Assembly: GCA_937872425.1 (NCBI GenBank)
Contig: CALMSM010000181.1
Location: 1-45,448 of the forward strand
Direction: 5' to 3'
Source: an uncultured Candidatus Saccharibacteria bacterium
GTDB taxonomy: Bacteria; Patescibacteriota; Saccharimonadia; Saccharimonadales; CALMSM01
DNA: 45,448 bases
Shown here piece by piece: positions 22,129 to 30,077 of the stretch. Below the pieces are notes generated by a model that saw nothing but the letters and a program-made list of their open reading frames with translations, was not told where the DNA came from and ran no database searches. Made by a program: the position numbers and the translations under genes. The number at the start of each line of letters is the position of its first letter. The first letter of the stretch is position 1.

Positions 22129-23113
22129 GAATTCTCTCCGCGACCATGCTCTGCAACAGGGCCAGGTCTGTGCCGTTGGGAGGCGTAAACGCCTCAAGGT
22201 GCTTCATGAGGGCTGCACGTACGCCGATGGACTCCCGAACCTCGTTCTTCGTCGTACGGGTCGGGAAGGTGGCTACGTTGGCCTTCCAGAACCCCTTCCT
22301 GTTGTCGACGTAAGCTTGAGAGCCACGGATGTTGACGTACAGGGTACGTGGCTCTGGGAACGTGGGGGTGGTCGCGGGGATGACACCTTCGATGTCGTCG
22401 TGGATGTAAATCGCGTTGCAGAACCCTTCCATGGGGAAGTATTCGGACGCGCCCGTTTCGGTGTCGTAGAACATCAAGTGCCGTGACTGGTTCGCATCCG
22501 ACATCGTCCGCCAGCGAGGCGCTCCGACGTACTCGATGTTCGCGAAGGACTGGGGCTTGTGGATGTGGCCCGAGATGACCTTCTCGAAGTGGGAGACGAC
22601 GGACGTGTCTACGCCATCCGGAGCGTAAAACCCGTTCTCGTACTTGGCACCGTTGAAGGTCTGGTGGCAAACCAGCGTCTTGGGACGGACACCTGCGGTC
22701 GAGACGGGAGACCTGACAGCTTCGATGAACTTGTCGTTCGGCATCCAAGGAACGAAAAGAACGTTATCGATGGCGGTGGCGCGGTCAACAACGAGGCACT
22801 GGTCCTTGTACAGCAACCCATGACCTTCATATGCGTGGTCATGGGGTCTGTCGTGATTTCCAACCAGCATGGCGACTTTGGGGTTCCAGCGATTGTGCGG
22901 AACCGCCAGGTCCAGAGAGGCGAGGGCGTCGCGCCAAAAGTGAACGACCTCAACGCGCAGCAAAGAGTGGTTGTGGTGCTGGTCGCCCAGCAGGCAAATC
23001 AGGTCGAGTTTTTCGATTTGCCTGGCTGCCTGGATGACACGGTAAATCATCTGCCGCGAATCCGACAGTTCGTCGACCGTGACGTGGGGGTCTCCAACGA
23101 ACAGAATCCGCAT
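22121..23113 (-). CDS. calcineurin-like metallophosphoesterase (Mre11/SbcD-type nuclease candidate)
   Basis: Start at MRILFVGDPH (23113). Motifs appear in order: GDPH, LLGDQHHN, VGNHD, CHQ, SGHIH. Confidence 0.75.
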   Translation of the reverse strand: MRILFVGDPHVTVDELSDSRQMIYRVIQAARQIEKLDLICLLGDQHHNHSLLRVEVVHFWRDALASLDLAVPHNRWNPKVAMLVGNHDRPHDHAYEGHGLLYKDQCLVVDRATAIDNVLFVPWMPNDKFIEAVRSPVSTAGVRPKTLVCHQTFNGAKYENGFYAPDGVDTSVVSHFEKVISGHIHKPQSFANIEYVGAPRWRTMSDANQSRHLMFYDTETGASEYFPMEGFCNAIYIHDDIEGVIPATTPTFPEPRTLYVNIRGSQAYVDNRKGFWKANVATFPTRTTKNEVRESIGVRAALMKHLEAFTPPNGTDLALLQSMVAERIHV

Positions 23114-23250
23114 TATCCCACCACATCGCATCTTGTGAGGTCTGGTCCGTACATCTCACCGTGAAAACCCACGGCGGTCACTACGATGACTTCTTTCCCG
23201 ACGACGAACTCCGACTGTACCAGCCGCTTGGCTTTTTTCTTACTCGTCAT
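23113..23250 (-). CDS. hypothetical small protein
   Basis: 45-aa ORF (MTSKKKAKRLVQSEF...) that fills the gap between flanking genes, overlapping both at start and stop. Support is weak. Confidence 0.3.
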   Translation of the reverse strand: MTSKKKAKRLVQSEFVVGKEVIVVTAVGFHGEMYGPDLTRCDVVG

Positions 23251-23494
23251 AGGCCTCGTCTTCCGGATGGCCCAGGGTCTCCAATGAGGTGTCTTCGAAG
23301 CGACCCCACACATGAACTCGCCCGTACATCTCCAAGGAAATCTTCGCCATGCCGCGACCTGAGACCTCAATCTTCACGGCGGAAACATTTCCTTGCTTCA
23401 CGCCATCGATGAACAATTCGGTGTTGGCCCCCGTCATGGGGCCGGTTGCGCCTTCGCGCTGCTTCAACTCAAAAAGCGGAAAATCTTTACTCAT
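23240..23494 (-). CDS. hypothetical protein
   Basis: 84-aa ORF with an ATGA overlap with the upstream gene. Confidence 0.55.
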   Translation of the reverse strand: MSKDFPLFELKQREGATGPMTGANTELFIDGVKQGNVSAVKIEVSGRGMAKISLEMYGRVHVWGRFEDTSLETLGHPEDEAYDE

Positions 23495-23736
23495 CGCTCC
23501 ACCATGCTGTCATAAAGTACAGTCTTTTCTTCTGGGTCATAGTCCGGGTCGATACCGCGACGTGCCAGGCCCAACTCGATGAGTTCTTCGTCGCACTCCA
23601 TGTCGGAAGGATGAAAGTCGTAAGGCAACTGAGAACACCACATGAACTTCACGTGCGGGTCTTTCTTGGAGCACTTCAACTTCGCGGCGTTGCGGAAAAA
23701 ATCACCGAAGATTCTTGCCGATGTCGAGTCACCCAT
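23491..23736 (-). CDS. hypothetical protein
   Basis: 81-aa acidic ORF. Its start abuts the stop of a 40-aa membrane ORF (TAAATG). Confidence 0.55.
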   Translation of the reverse strand: MGDSTSARIFGDFFRNAAKLKCSKKDPHVKFMWCSQLPYDFHPSDMECDEELIELGLARRGIDPDYDPEEKTVLYDSMVER

Positions 23737-23859
23737 TTAGAACCTCCCTGCGACCGAAAAAGCAACGACGGCGCCCAGAAGGACTCCCACTGCGAGTGCA
23801 GTTAAGATGACTACGGCAGCGATCTTCCTGAACATCGAAAAGACGATATCTTGGTCCAT
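23737..23859 (-). CDS. small single-pass membrane protein (below the 60-aa cutoff of the ORF track)
   Basis: Hand translation gives MDQDIVFSMFRKIAAVVILTALAVGVLLGAVVAFSVAGRF (40 aa) with one clear hydrophobic helix. An AAGGGA RBS sits about 5 nt upstream. The ORF exactly fills the gap between two genes. Confidence 0.45.
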   Translation of the reverse strand: MDQDIVFSMFRKIAAVVILTALAVGVLLGAVVAFSVAGRF

Positions 23860-23869
23860 GGTTTTCCCT

Positions 23870-24211
23870 TTAAATCACCGGAAAAGTGTACTCCTGCAGA
23901 CAACGACCCACGATTTCCACGGCGACTTCGGGGACCAAGATAAACTCGGGCAGGTCGGGCAAGGTGAAGATTTCCTTTGCCCACTGGCTCGTGTAGCTGG
24001 TGCCGCGAACAAAGACGGAGTCGCCCGGAACCAGAGTCCAGCGTTCCGTTGCATACTCGGTCAAGACCTTCAGTTCGACCAGCGAGATTTTGTTGTCGAG
24101 TCGTGCGACCTTGACGGTACCCGCACCTTCCAGGACGGTCTTGGTCGCCATGTCGCGCATTGGCTCGCACACGATTTTGTTGTTGAATCCCAGCGTGTAT
24201 CTCTTGGTCAT
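23870..24211 (-). CDS. GroES / T4 gp31-like co-chaperonin candidate
   Basis: 113 aa. The pattern NKIVCEP...ATKTVLEGAG (mobile-loop-like)...ELKVL...LVPGDSVFV...EFILVPEVAVEIVG parallels GroES (RVIVK..ETKSAGGIVL...EVLAVG...VKVGDIVIF...EVLIMSESDILAIV). The similarity was judged by eye only. Confidence 0.4.
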   Translation of the reverse strand: MTKRYTLGFNNKIVCEPMRDMATKTVLEGAGTVKVARLDNKISLVELKVLTEYATERWTLVPGDSVFVRGTSYTSQWAKEIFTLPDLPEFILVPEVAVEIVGRCLQEYTFPVI

Positions 24212-25248
24212 GTTCGAATCCCCTTCAAGCGTAGCAGCTTCTGTTCCAGCAAGTCAAGTCCCGAGATTTTGTCGACCATGGCGCCGATGGCTTGGTCCAT
24301 CTCAAGATTTTCTTCGGTGTTCGTCGTGTCGGCGTAGGAATCCGCAACGGACTCGCCTTCTGGGTCGGGACTGTAGTCCGCGCTTACAGTGCTTCCGGCA
24401 GCGAGCAAGTCCTGGATTTCGTTCGAGGTCGTAGTGACTTTGGCATCCTGCAAATGCTTGTTGACGTTGTCGGCCAGTTCCCCATAGTCGACTTCGCCAG
24501 TCTTGCGTCGAAGGAGCTTGTTCGCGGCGTACATTCTGAGGCGGTCCTTGGGGTAAAAATGCAGCAACGTTTCGGAGTACGCATTGACCCGGTCTCGGGT
24601 CATGATGCCGATGGCGACGGCCCTGAAGGTCCGGTACCTGGCCAACGATTCCCGCTCCGACATGCGTTTGTCGTTGGGCGGTACGAATTTGTCGACAGCG
24701 AGCAACATGCCTTGGCACTGGATTTGAACGATGTCCATGTAGGACAAATGCGAGGGCGGGGTGGCGTTCCAGAACTGGCGAGCTTGGCTGATGGCCAAAG
24801 GTAGGTTCTGTTCGACGATTTCGATTCGCTGCTTGCGGATTTGGTTGGCGAGAGCCAGAATGGGCGAACCTGGACGCCACTTGCGGGCTTTGACGACCCA
24901 CTCGACGAAACTCCAATTGATTCGGTACTTGTAAAGGGTCTTGTCATTCCGCTCCTTCAAGGCGGGGCTGATTGACGCCGTGAAGACCTTCGAGCGCTCT
25001 CTGAAGAACGGTCGAGCGGCCAGGATGTTGGCTCGGGTCTCGACGATGTAGGTCACAAAGTCCCGGTAGACGTTCAAGCCCCAGCGGTGACGAATCAGAG
25101 CGTCCCTGAACTGGGCTTCCAGGTCGATGAGGTTCCGAAGCTGCTTGCGCTGACGCGGAAGGAGTTCTTCTTCGGGGTCCTGAGAAGCCTCGTGGGCGGC
25201 CAGGAGTCCTTCGAGGTTGCTGCAGAAGTTTTTGAATGTATTGTCCAC
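24208..25248 (-). CDS. sigma-70-family RNA polymerase sigma factor lacking region 4.2
   Basis: 346 aa. Region 2 reads IVEQNLPLAISQARQF...YMDIVQIQCQGMLLAVDKF. A region-3-like segment follows, and the protein ends at ...LDLLEQKLLRLKGIRT*. That is just after a region-4.1-like helix, with no 4.2 HTH. Confidence 0.75.
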   Translation of the reverse strand: MDNTFKNFCSNLEGLLAAHEASQDPEEELLPRQRKQLRNLIDLEAQFRDALIRHRWGLNVYRDFVTYIVETRANILAARPFFRERSKVFTASISPALKERNDKTLYKYRINWSFVEWVVKARKWRPGSPILALANQIRKQRIEIVEQNLPLAISQARQFWNATPPSHLSYMDIVQIQCQGMLLAVDKFVPPNDKRMSERESLARYRTFRAVAIGIMTRDRVNAYSETLLHFYPKDRLRMYAANKLLRRKTGEVDYGELADNVNKHLQDAKVTTTSNEIQDLLAAGSTVSADYSPDPEGESVADSYADTTNTEENLEMDQAIGAMVDKISGLDLLEQKLLRLKGIRT

Positions 25249-25260
25249 AACGAGAGAGTA

Positions 25261-26754
25261 TCATATCTCGTCTTCAAGAACGGGGCCGTACAGGTCGTTG
25301 TAAATCTCGATTCGCTCGGAAGCGTGCTTGCCCAGAACCCAGTTCTTGGTGGTTGTCTCACCGCTCGGGTCACGGACCCAAAAGTCCACGACGTGGCAAT
25401 GGGTCTTGTCAGGAGTCAAGCGTGTGCTTCGACCAATGGCTTGTTTGACCTGGATTTCCGACTTGCCACCCTGCCAGTAAATCAGGAACTTCACGGCCTT
25501 GATGTCGGTACCAGTGGAAATGCACGAAGTCCCAACAAGGATGGGAATTTTCTTGGCATTGAAGTCGTCAACGAGCTTGTTCGGGTCCGAGTCGTGGAAC
25601 TCAGGTGGTACCTTGGCCTTGTTTTCGGCGAGAGGTCCATGGGCAAAACCGACCTCAAAGCGCAAGTAAGGCAACAAGTTGGTGAACTGTTGGACTTCCT
25701 CGATGAGGACCAGGACTGGCATCCCGGCTTTGGCTGCGGTGTTGCAGAGCTTGCCAACGTGGGCTGTGATGGCCGGGTTGTAGTACAAATGCTTCCTGGT
25801 CATCACGTTGACGTCGGGAGACCTGAATTCCCCGTTTGCAGGAACGGAGGTCATGTGAAAAATCGGCTTGGCAAGGTACTTGCCATCGACGCCTTCACGG
25901 ACGGTCATCTCGAAGACGATTGGACCGGTGATTGCATCAAGCAAAAGCTCAGACCCGTCATTCCGAACCTGGGTCGCTGAGAAGAAAAATCTGTAAGGAG
26001 CCTTTGCAAGTAGCCCGAAGCAGACTGACGCCAGGGTCTTGGCAGGACACTGATGGCTTTCGTCTGCAATGAAAACCTCGGTCTTCGACAGCAAGTCCCA
26101 ATGGTCAGACTCAGGAGTGATTCGGGTGAAAGACTGGGAAGTGCCGATAACGATTAGCTTCTTCGGCTCTTTTTTCCCATCGAAGTACGAACCAACGTAC
26201 TTTTTGCCGAACCATTTCGTAAAGTCCCTTACCAGTTGCTCGGCAATACTCGCACTGGGAGCCATGATGACCGTCTTGAGGCCGTAGGCTTTCGTGACGT
26301 TGGCAATGATGAAGGATTTCCCAAGGCCAGTTCCCATTTGAACTCCCCCATGTCTGGCCTCAAGGAGTTTCTCCATGGCACTGACCTGGTAGGGGTACAT
26401 CTCGTAGGAGGGTTTCTCCGACCAAGGCAAGAGCTTGGGTTCAGGGTATGTAAATTCCTTGACAAGAACCTTCGTGTTCAGGACTCTCTCGACGACTGGC
26501 TGAAGGCCACTGTAAGTCCAAAACTGGTTTTCTTCCTCGAAGAGGATGCAAACCTTCGTCTGACTTTTCAGTTCAGCTTTCTTCTCTTCGAAGATTTCCT
26601 CAGAGTACCAGTGAGCATTCCTTTTGAGCTTTGCAAGCTCAAAGACGGATTTCTGGTCAGTGTAGGTCAAAGCAGTTCTGAGTTGGTCTACCTGCAGACT
26701 TGACAGGTCTTCCTTCGGAATCACGATTTTCGTTGGAGACACAAGTCTGAGCAT
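25261..26754 (-). CDS. superfamily-2 DEAD/DEAH-type DNA helicase
   Basis: 497 aa. Motifs: YPYQ, Walker A MGTGLGKS, DEAH-like ADESHQC, SAT, and motif VI QAIGRSTR. It is the first gene of the leftward arm. Confidence 0.85.
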   Translation of the reverse strand: MLRLVSPTKIVIPKEDLSSLQVDQLRTALTYTDQKSVFELAKLKRNAHWYSEEIFEEKKAELKSQTKVCILFEEENQFWTYSGLQPVVERVLNTKVLVKEFTYPEPKLLPWSEKPSYEMYPYQVSAMEKLLEARHGGVQMGTGLGKSFIIANVTKAYGLKTVIMAPSASIAEQLVRDFTKWFGKKYVGSYFDGKKEPKKLIVIGTSQSFTRITPESDHWDLLSKTEVFIADESHQCPAKTLASVCFGLLAKAPYRFFFSATQVRNDGSELLLDAITGPIVFEMTVREGVDGKYLAKPIFHMTSVPANGEFRSPDVNVMTRKHLYYNPAITAHVGKLCNTAAKAGMPVLVLIEEVQQFTNLLPYLRFEVGFAHGPLAENKAKVPPEFHDSDPNKLVDDFNAKKIPILVGTSCISTGTDIKAVKFLIYWQGGKSEIQVKQAIGRSTRLTPDKTHCHVVDFWVRDPSGETTTKNWVLGKHASERIEIYNDLYGPVLEDEI

Positions 26755-26760
26755 CTCCGG

Positions 26761-26790
26761 ATGGTATCACGAACGCCATCGAAGATGCAA
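26761..26790 (-). promoter_or_regulatory. leftward-arm promoter, leaderless layout (helicase)
   Basis: The minus strand reads TTGCAT-N18-(TGA)TACCAT-ccggag-ATG (26754). Confidence 0.5.
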
Positions 26791-26866
26791 CATCCTGGAA
26801 TTAGTTGCGCGACCCCTTATATTTCCTATTATCTAGTACTTATCTAGATGAATATTTCTTAAAGCG

Positions 26867-26882
26867 GCACCTTCGAAGGTGC
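26867..26882. repeat. perfect 16-bp palindrome
   Basis: GCACCTTCGAAGGTGC, next to an AT-rich stretch (26815-26860) that contains ATCTAG-N6-ATCTAGAT. Confidence 0.6.
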
Positions 26883-27000
26883 TCCACGCGGGTGTACCTT
26901 ATAGCATGCATCTTTCCTTTACAACCATTGGGGTTTCCCGAGTTATTTCATAGCTCTTCGAACGGGGGTCCAATTAGTTCGGTTTGAACCAGACTTCCTG

Positions 27001-27099
27001 TTGGTAAATTCTTGTAAACTTGTAAACCGCCAACCACTGAGAACTACTGTAAACGGCGTGTAAATCTGGGGGTGGTTTTAATTGTCAAACCTGTAAATC
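27001..27099. repeat. array of seven TGTAAA(C/T)-type iteron-like repeats
   Basis: Copies: tTGGTAAAT 27001, cTTGTAAAC 27011, tTGTAAACc 27020, cTGTAAACg 27048, gTGTAAATc 27058, tTGTCAAAC 27082, cTGTAAATc 27091. Confidence 0.7.
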
Positions 27100-27226
27100 G
27101 ACTATATCGACCCGCTAAGTACCCAGAATTACGAAGACGAATTACACAGCGAAACGCAAGTTGTGGATGTTCTTAGTGTAGGTACTTTCCGTACGGGTGT
27201 AGTTTGCCTCACTTTGGACCACGATA

Positions 27227-27288
27227 TGGAATTTGTGGAGTTCGGGGTGGAATTTGTGGAAATTTACAAGCTGTCAACGATTTACAAG
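27227..27288. repeat. two pairs of direct repeats abutting the rightward promoter
   Basis: TGGAATTTGTGGA occurs at 27227-27239 and 27248-27260 (21-nt phasing). ATTTACAAG occurs at 27262-27270 and 27280-27288. The second repeat is the reverse complement of CTTGTAAAT, the iteron motif of 27001-27099. Confidence 0.7.
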
Positions 27289-27289
27289 T

Positions 27290-27318
27290 TTGACCCAGGT
27301 TGCTTCAGGTGGTATCCT
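27290..27318 (+). promoter_or_regulatory. rightward-arm promoter, leaderless layout
   Basis: TTGACC-N17-(TGG)TATCCT-gtcgacc-ATG (27326). Direct repeats abut the -35 hexamer. Confidence 0.55.
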
Positions 27319-27325
27319 GTCGACC

Positions 27326-27826
27326 ATGTCAGAATTCATTGTGTACGCCCTCAAGGATGCGAACGGGGTGTACTACTTCGTGGGAAAATCCCAGACAGGT
27401 CTCAGACGGCCACGTCAACTCAAAACTGGACCCTGCTCGAAAGCACTTCGAAAGGCGATTGACGCCGCGAACCATTTTGAGATTGAAGTCTTGGTCGAGC
27501 TACCGACCGCAGAAGGCCTCTCAGAGGCTCTACAGGCCACGCAGAAGACCTTGACCGGGTTCGGGTACCAACTGGTGCCCAGTTTCAGTTCTAGCGCGAC
27601 CCTGGAGGCCTTGCATGCGGGTGCCAGAGACCACGGCGACGCCCAAAGAGCCAAGGTGCTCGATTTGGTCCGAGCAAACCCCAAGGCAACAAATGCCGAA
27701 CTGGCCTCCAAGATGGGGCTTCTCGGTAAACGTGCGATCGGGCTCTACCTGAGGCAACTACGCGACCTGGGGCTCATTGAATCCCGCCGGTCGAAGTCGG
27801 GAAGAACTCTCCGTGTGCTAGAATGA
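27326..27826 (+). CDS. GIY-YIG-like N-terminal domain fused to winged-helix DNA-binding domain
   Basis: Start set at MSEFIVYALKDANGVYYFVGKSQTGLRRPRQ, 7 nt after TTGACC-N17-TATCCT. The C-terminus VLDLVRANPKATNAELASKMGLLGKRAIGLYLRQLRDLGLIESRR resembles a MarR/wHTH domain. It is the first gene of the rightward arm. Confidence 0.6.
   Translation: MSEFIVYALKDANGVYYFVGKSQTGLRRPRQLKTGPCSKALRKAIDAANHFEIEVLVELPTAEGLSEALQATQKTLTGFGYQLVPSFSSSATLEALHAGARDHGDAQRAKVLDLVRANPKATNAELASKMGLLGKRAIGLYLRQLRDLGLIESRRSKSGRTLRVLE
27814..27824 (+). promoter_or_regulatory. extended -10 element, leaderless layout (chaperonin)
   Basis: TGTGCTAGAAT-gaccgacc-ATG (27833). No SD. The stop of the upstream gene lies inside the element. 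Confidence 0.45.
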
Positions 27827-27832
27827 CCGACC

Positions 27833-29605
27833 ATGGGAATTCAATACCAAAAAGTCAAGTCTGCTGCAAAAGTCATGCGAGGTCGCGGTAACCAGCTTCA
27901 GTCTTCGGTTCTTGAGACCTTGAAGACCTGTAGCGACCTGGTCGGCTCAACTCTCGGACCCGGTGGCCGTTCGGTCATCATCGAGCACCAGGACCCCGCA
28001 ATGCCACCGGTCATCACGAAGGACGGCGTCACGGTCTTCAGGTCCTTGGGTTTTACTGACCCGACGAAGCAGGTCCTCATGGAGGCCGCACGGGACTCGT
28101 CGATTCGAACCGCGAGCGAAGCAGGTGACGGTACTACGACCGCCACCATCCTGGCCGAGGCTTTCACTCGAAATATCATGGAGTTCTGCGAAAAGAACCC
28201 CCACGAGTCACCTCAGCGGGTTGCCCGGTTTGTCCAGTCGGAGTACCAAAGCTCAATGGTCCCGATGATTGAGGCTCTCAAGCTCAAGCCGGACTTGTAC
28301 TCCGAGACCGGCAAGGCCCAGCTTCGTGCTGTCGCCAAGATTTCCGCGAACGGTGACGAGCCGCTCGCCACTGCGGTCATGAAGGCCTTCGACGTCATCG
28401 GTGATGCCGGTAACGTGACGATTTCAGAGGCCAACGGTCCTTCTGGGTACCACGTGCAGTTGATTGAGGGTTACCCGGTCGGTATCGGCTACGAAGACGC
28501 GTGTGGCCCGTTCTATCAGAAATTCGTCAACGACGTCGGTACCCAGCAAACGGTCCTTGAGCGGCCCAGCTTCATTTTGCACCACGGCAGAATCAGCGAC
28601 TTCAACGCGATTTTCCCCGCCCTGGCCCAAATCGCCAACCTGGTCAGCGAGGGCACGCAAATCGACGGCAAAAAGCTGACCCACAACGTGGTGCTGGTCG
28701 CCACCGGTTTCAGTGAGGTCGTTCTCGCGCATCTTGCGGCAGGCTTCGTGCAGGAAGGTACGCTGAACATTTTCCCGCTGTTGGTTCCCCCGAGCCCCAT
28801 CAAGACCGGCCAGTATGACTTCTTGTGCGACCTGGCGGCTTTGACTGGTGCGGCCATCTTCGACCCCCTGGAACTCCCTCTGCAGAACTTCGTTCCCGAG
28901 CACATCGGTGTCGGTCCCCGCCTGTTCGAGGCTGGCAGGTTCAGGTCCAACGTCATCGGCAACCGCGACTCGCTGCTGGTTCTTGAGCGGGTCGACCAAA
29001 TCACCAAGCAACTCAGCGGTGAGGCGACCTCCGACCTGGAGAAGACCTTGCTCCGCGAACGTGTCGCCAAGCTGACGAGCGGTATCGCGAAGATTGTCGT
29101 GCAGGGTTCGAGCTACGGTGAAATCAAGGAACGCCGCGACCGTGTCGAAGACGCGATTTGCGCCGTCAGAGAAGCCATCAAGCACGGGGCTCTGCCCGGT
29201 GGTGGTGTGACGCTCGCGGTACTCAGCAAGCACTACACTCAGGTGGATTCGCCGATCGCCCAGGAAATCATCGCGCCTTCACTCCTGGAACCTGTAAAGC
29301 GCCTTTACTCGAATGCTGGATACTTGACGGCAGAAATCGACGGCTTCATCGCCGGGCTCTCGAAGGACCAGTCGTTCGACGTCATGCTGGGTAGGTCTGT
29401 CGACCCCGCACAAAGTGGGTTGCTGGATTCCTTGCCCGCCGTTCGGGAGGCCTTGAAGAACGCGATTTCGATTGCGGGACTTCTGGGTACCTGCGGCGGT
29501 ACCGTTGTGTTCCCACGTGACGGAGACCTGGAGCGCAGCGAAGCAAGTGATACGGCAGAATGGCTCCGCAACGCGAGCGTAAATGAGGCGAATGAGAGGG
29601 GCTAA
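27833..29605 (+). CDS. GroEL-like chaperonin (Cpn60 family)
   Basis: 590 aa. TLGPGGRSVIIE...PVITKDGVTV...EAGDGTTTATILAEAF aligns with GroEL TLGPKGRNVVL...PTITKDGVSV...AAGDGTTTATVLAQAI. GALPGGGV also aligns with GroEL GVVAGGGV. Confidence 0.9.
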   Translation: MGIQYQKVKSAAKVMRGRGNQLQSSVLETLKTCSDLVGSTLGPGGRSVIIEHQDPAMPPVITKDGVTVFRSLGFTDPTKQVLMEAARDSSIRTASEAGDGTTTATILAEAFTRNIMEFCEKNPHESPQRVARFVQSEYQSSMVPMIEALKLKPDLYSETGKAQLRAVAKISANGDEPLATAVMKAFDVIGDAGNVTISEANGPSGYHVQLIEGYPVGIGYEDACGPFYQKFVNDVGTQQTVLERPSFILHHGRISDFNAIFPALAQIANLVSEGTQIDGKKLTHNVVLVATGFSEVVLAHLAAGFVQEGTLNIFPLLVPPSPIKTGQYDFLCDLAALTGAAIFDPLELPLQNFVPEHIGVGPRLFEAGRFRSNVIGNRDSLLVLERVDQITKQLSGEATSDLEKTLLRERVAKLTSGIAKIVVQGSSYGEIKERRDRVEDAICAVREAIKHGALPGGGVTLAVLSKHYTQVDSPIAQEIIAPSLLEPVKRLYSNAGYLTAEIDGFIAGLSKDQSFDVMLGRSVDPAQSGLLDSLPAVREALKNAISIAGLLGTCGGTVVFPRDGDLERSEASDTAEWLRNASVNEANERG

Positions 29606-29874
29606 TGCCTTTGTTCAAATGGAAGTGCGGGGTGTGCGGAACTAAGACCCGCATGCTCTTGACGCAAATCCCCTTGTGTTCACCGACCTGTCCGAACTGT
29701 CCGACCGAACCTCTGCCAGAACTCATGGAACCTGACCACGACGGCTCGACCAGCGTCATGGAATCTCTTGACAACGGGATTATGCCTCGCAAGGTCGAGC
29801 GGTACCGGGACATCGAAGAATTGCGGCACAGCCACGCAGAGTTGACAAAACCCAAAGACGAAGGCATAGTGTGA
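29605..29874 (+). CDS. FmdB-type zinc-ribbon protein
   Basis: 89 aa. FKWKCGVCG...CPNCP matches the CxxC-x(n)-CxxC putative regulatory zinc ribbon. TAATG overlap with the chaperonin gene. Confidence 0.6.
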   Translation: MPLFKWKCGVCGTKTRMLLTQIPLCSPTCPNCPTEPLPELMEPDHDGSTSVMESLDNGIMPRKVERYRDIEELRHSHAELTKPKDEGIV

Positions 29875-30077
29875 CGATGAAAACGCATCAGATTTGTTGT
29901 TCCTGTGCTCAGCAGGACGAAGTCGACCGCCTTGAAAAAGACCGGAAAGCGCTTTACGCAGCACTCAAGGAACTTGTCGAGCGTCGCGAGCGCGTGGCAG
30001 GTGTCGGCAACGAAGGAAGCGACGGACGCTACGCAAGAGCCCGTGCGGCACTGCGTACGTCTGAGGAACTTGGATGA
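29871..30077 (+). CDS. hypothetical protein
   Basis: 68-aa ORF with 4-nt overlaps with both neighbours. Confidence 0.5.
   Translation: MTMKTHQICCSCAQQDEVDRLEKDRKALYAALKELVERRERVAGVGNEGSDGRYARARAALRTSEELG

Noticed and set aside
26805-27462. ORFs 26805-26987 and 27163-27462 inside or overlapping the control region.
   Set aside because: They have no RBS or promoter context and odd composition. They are built across repeat arrays and the promoter of 27326. The region is better explained as non-coding regulatory DNA.
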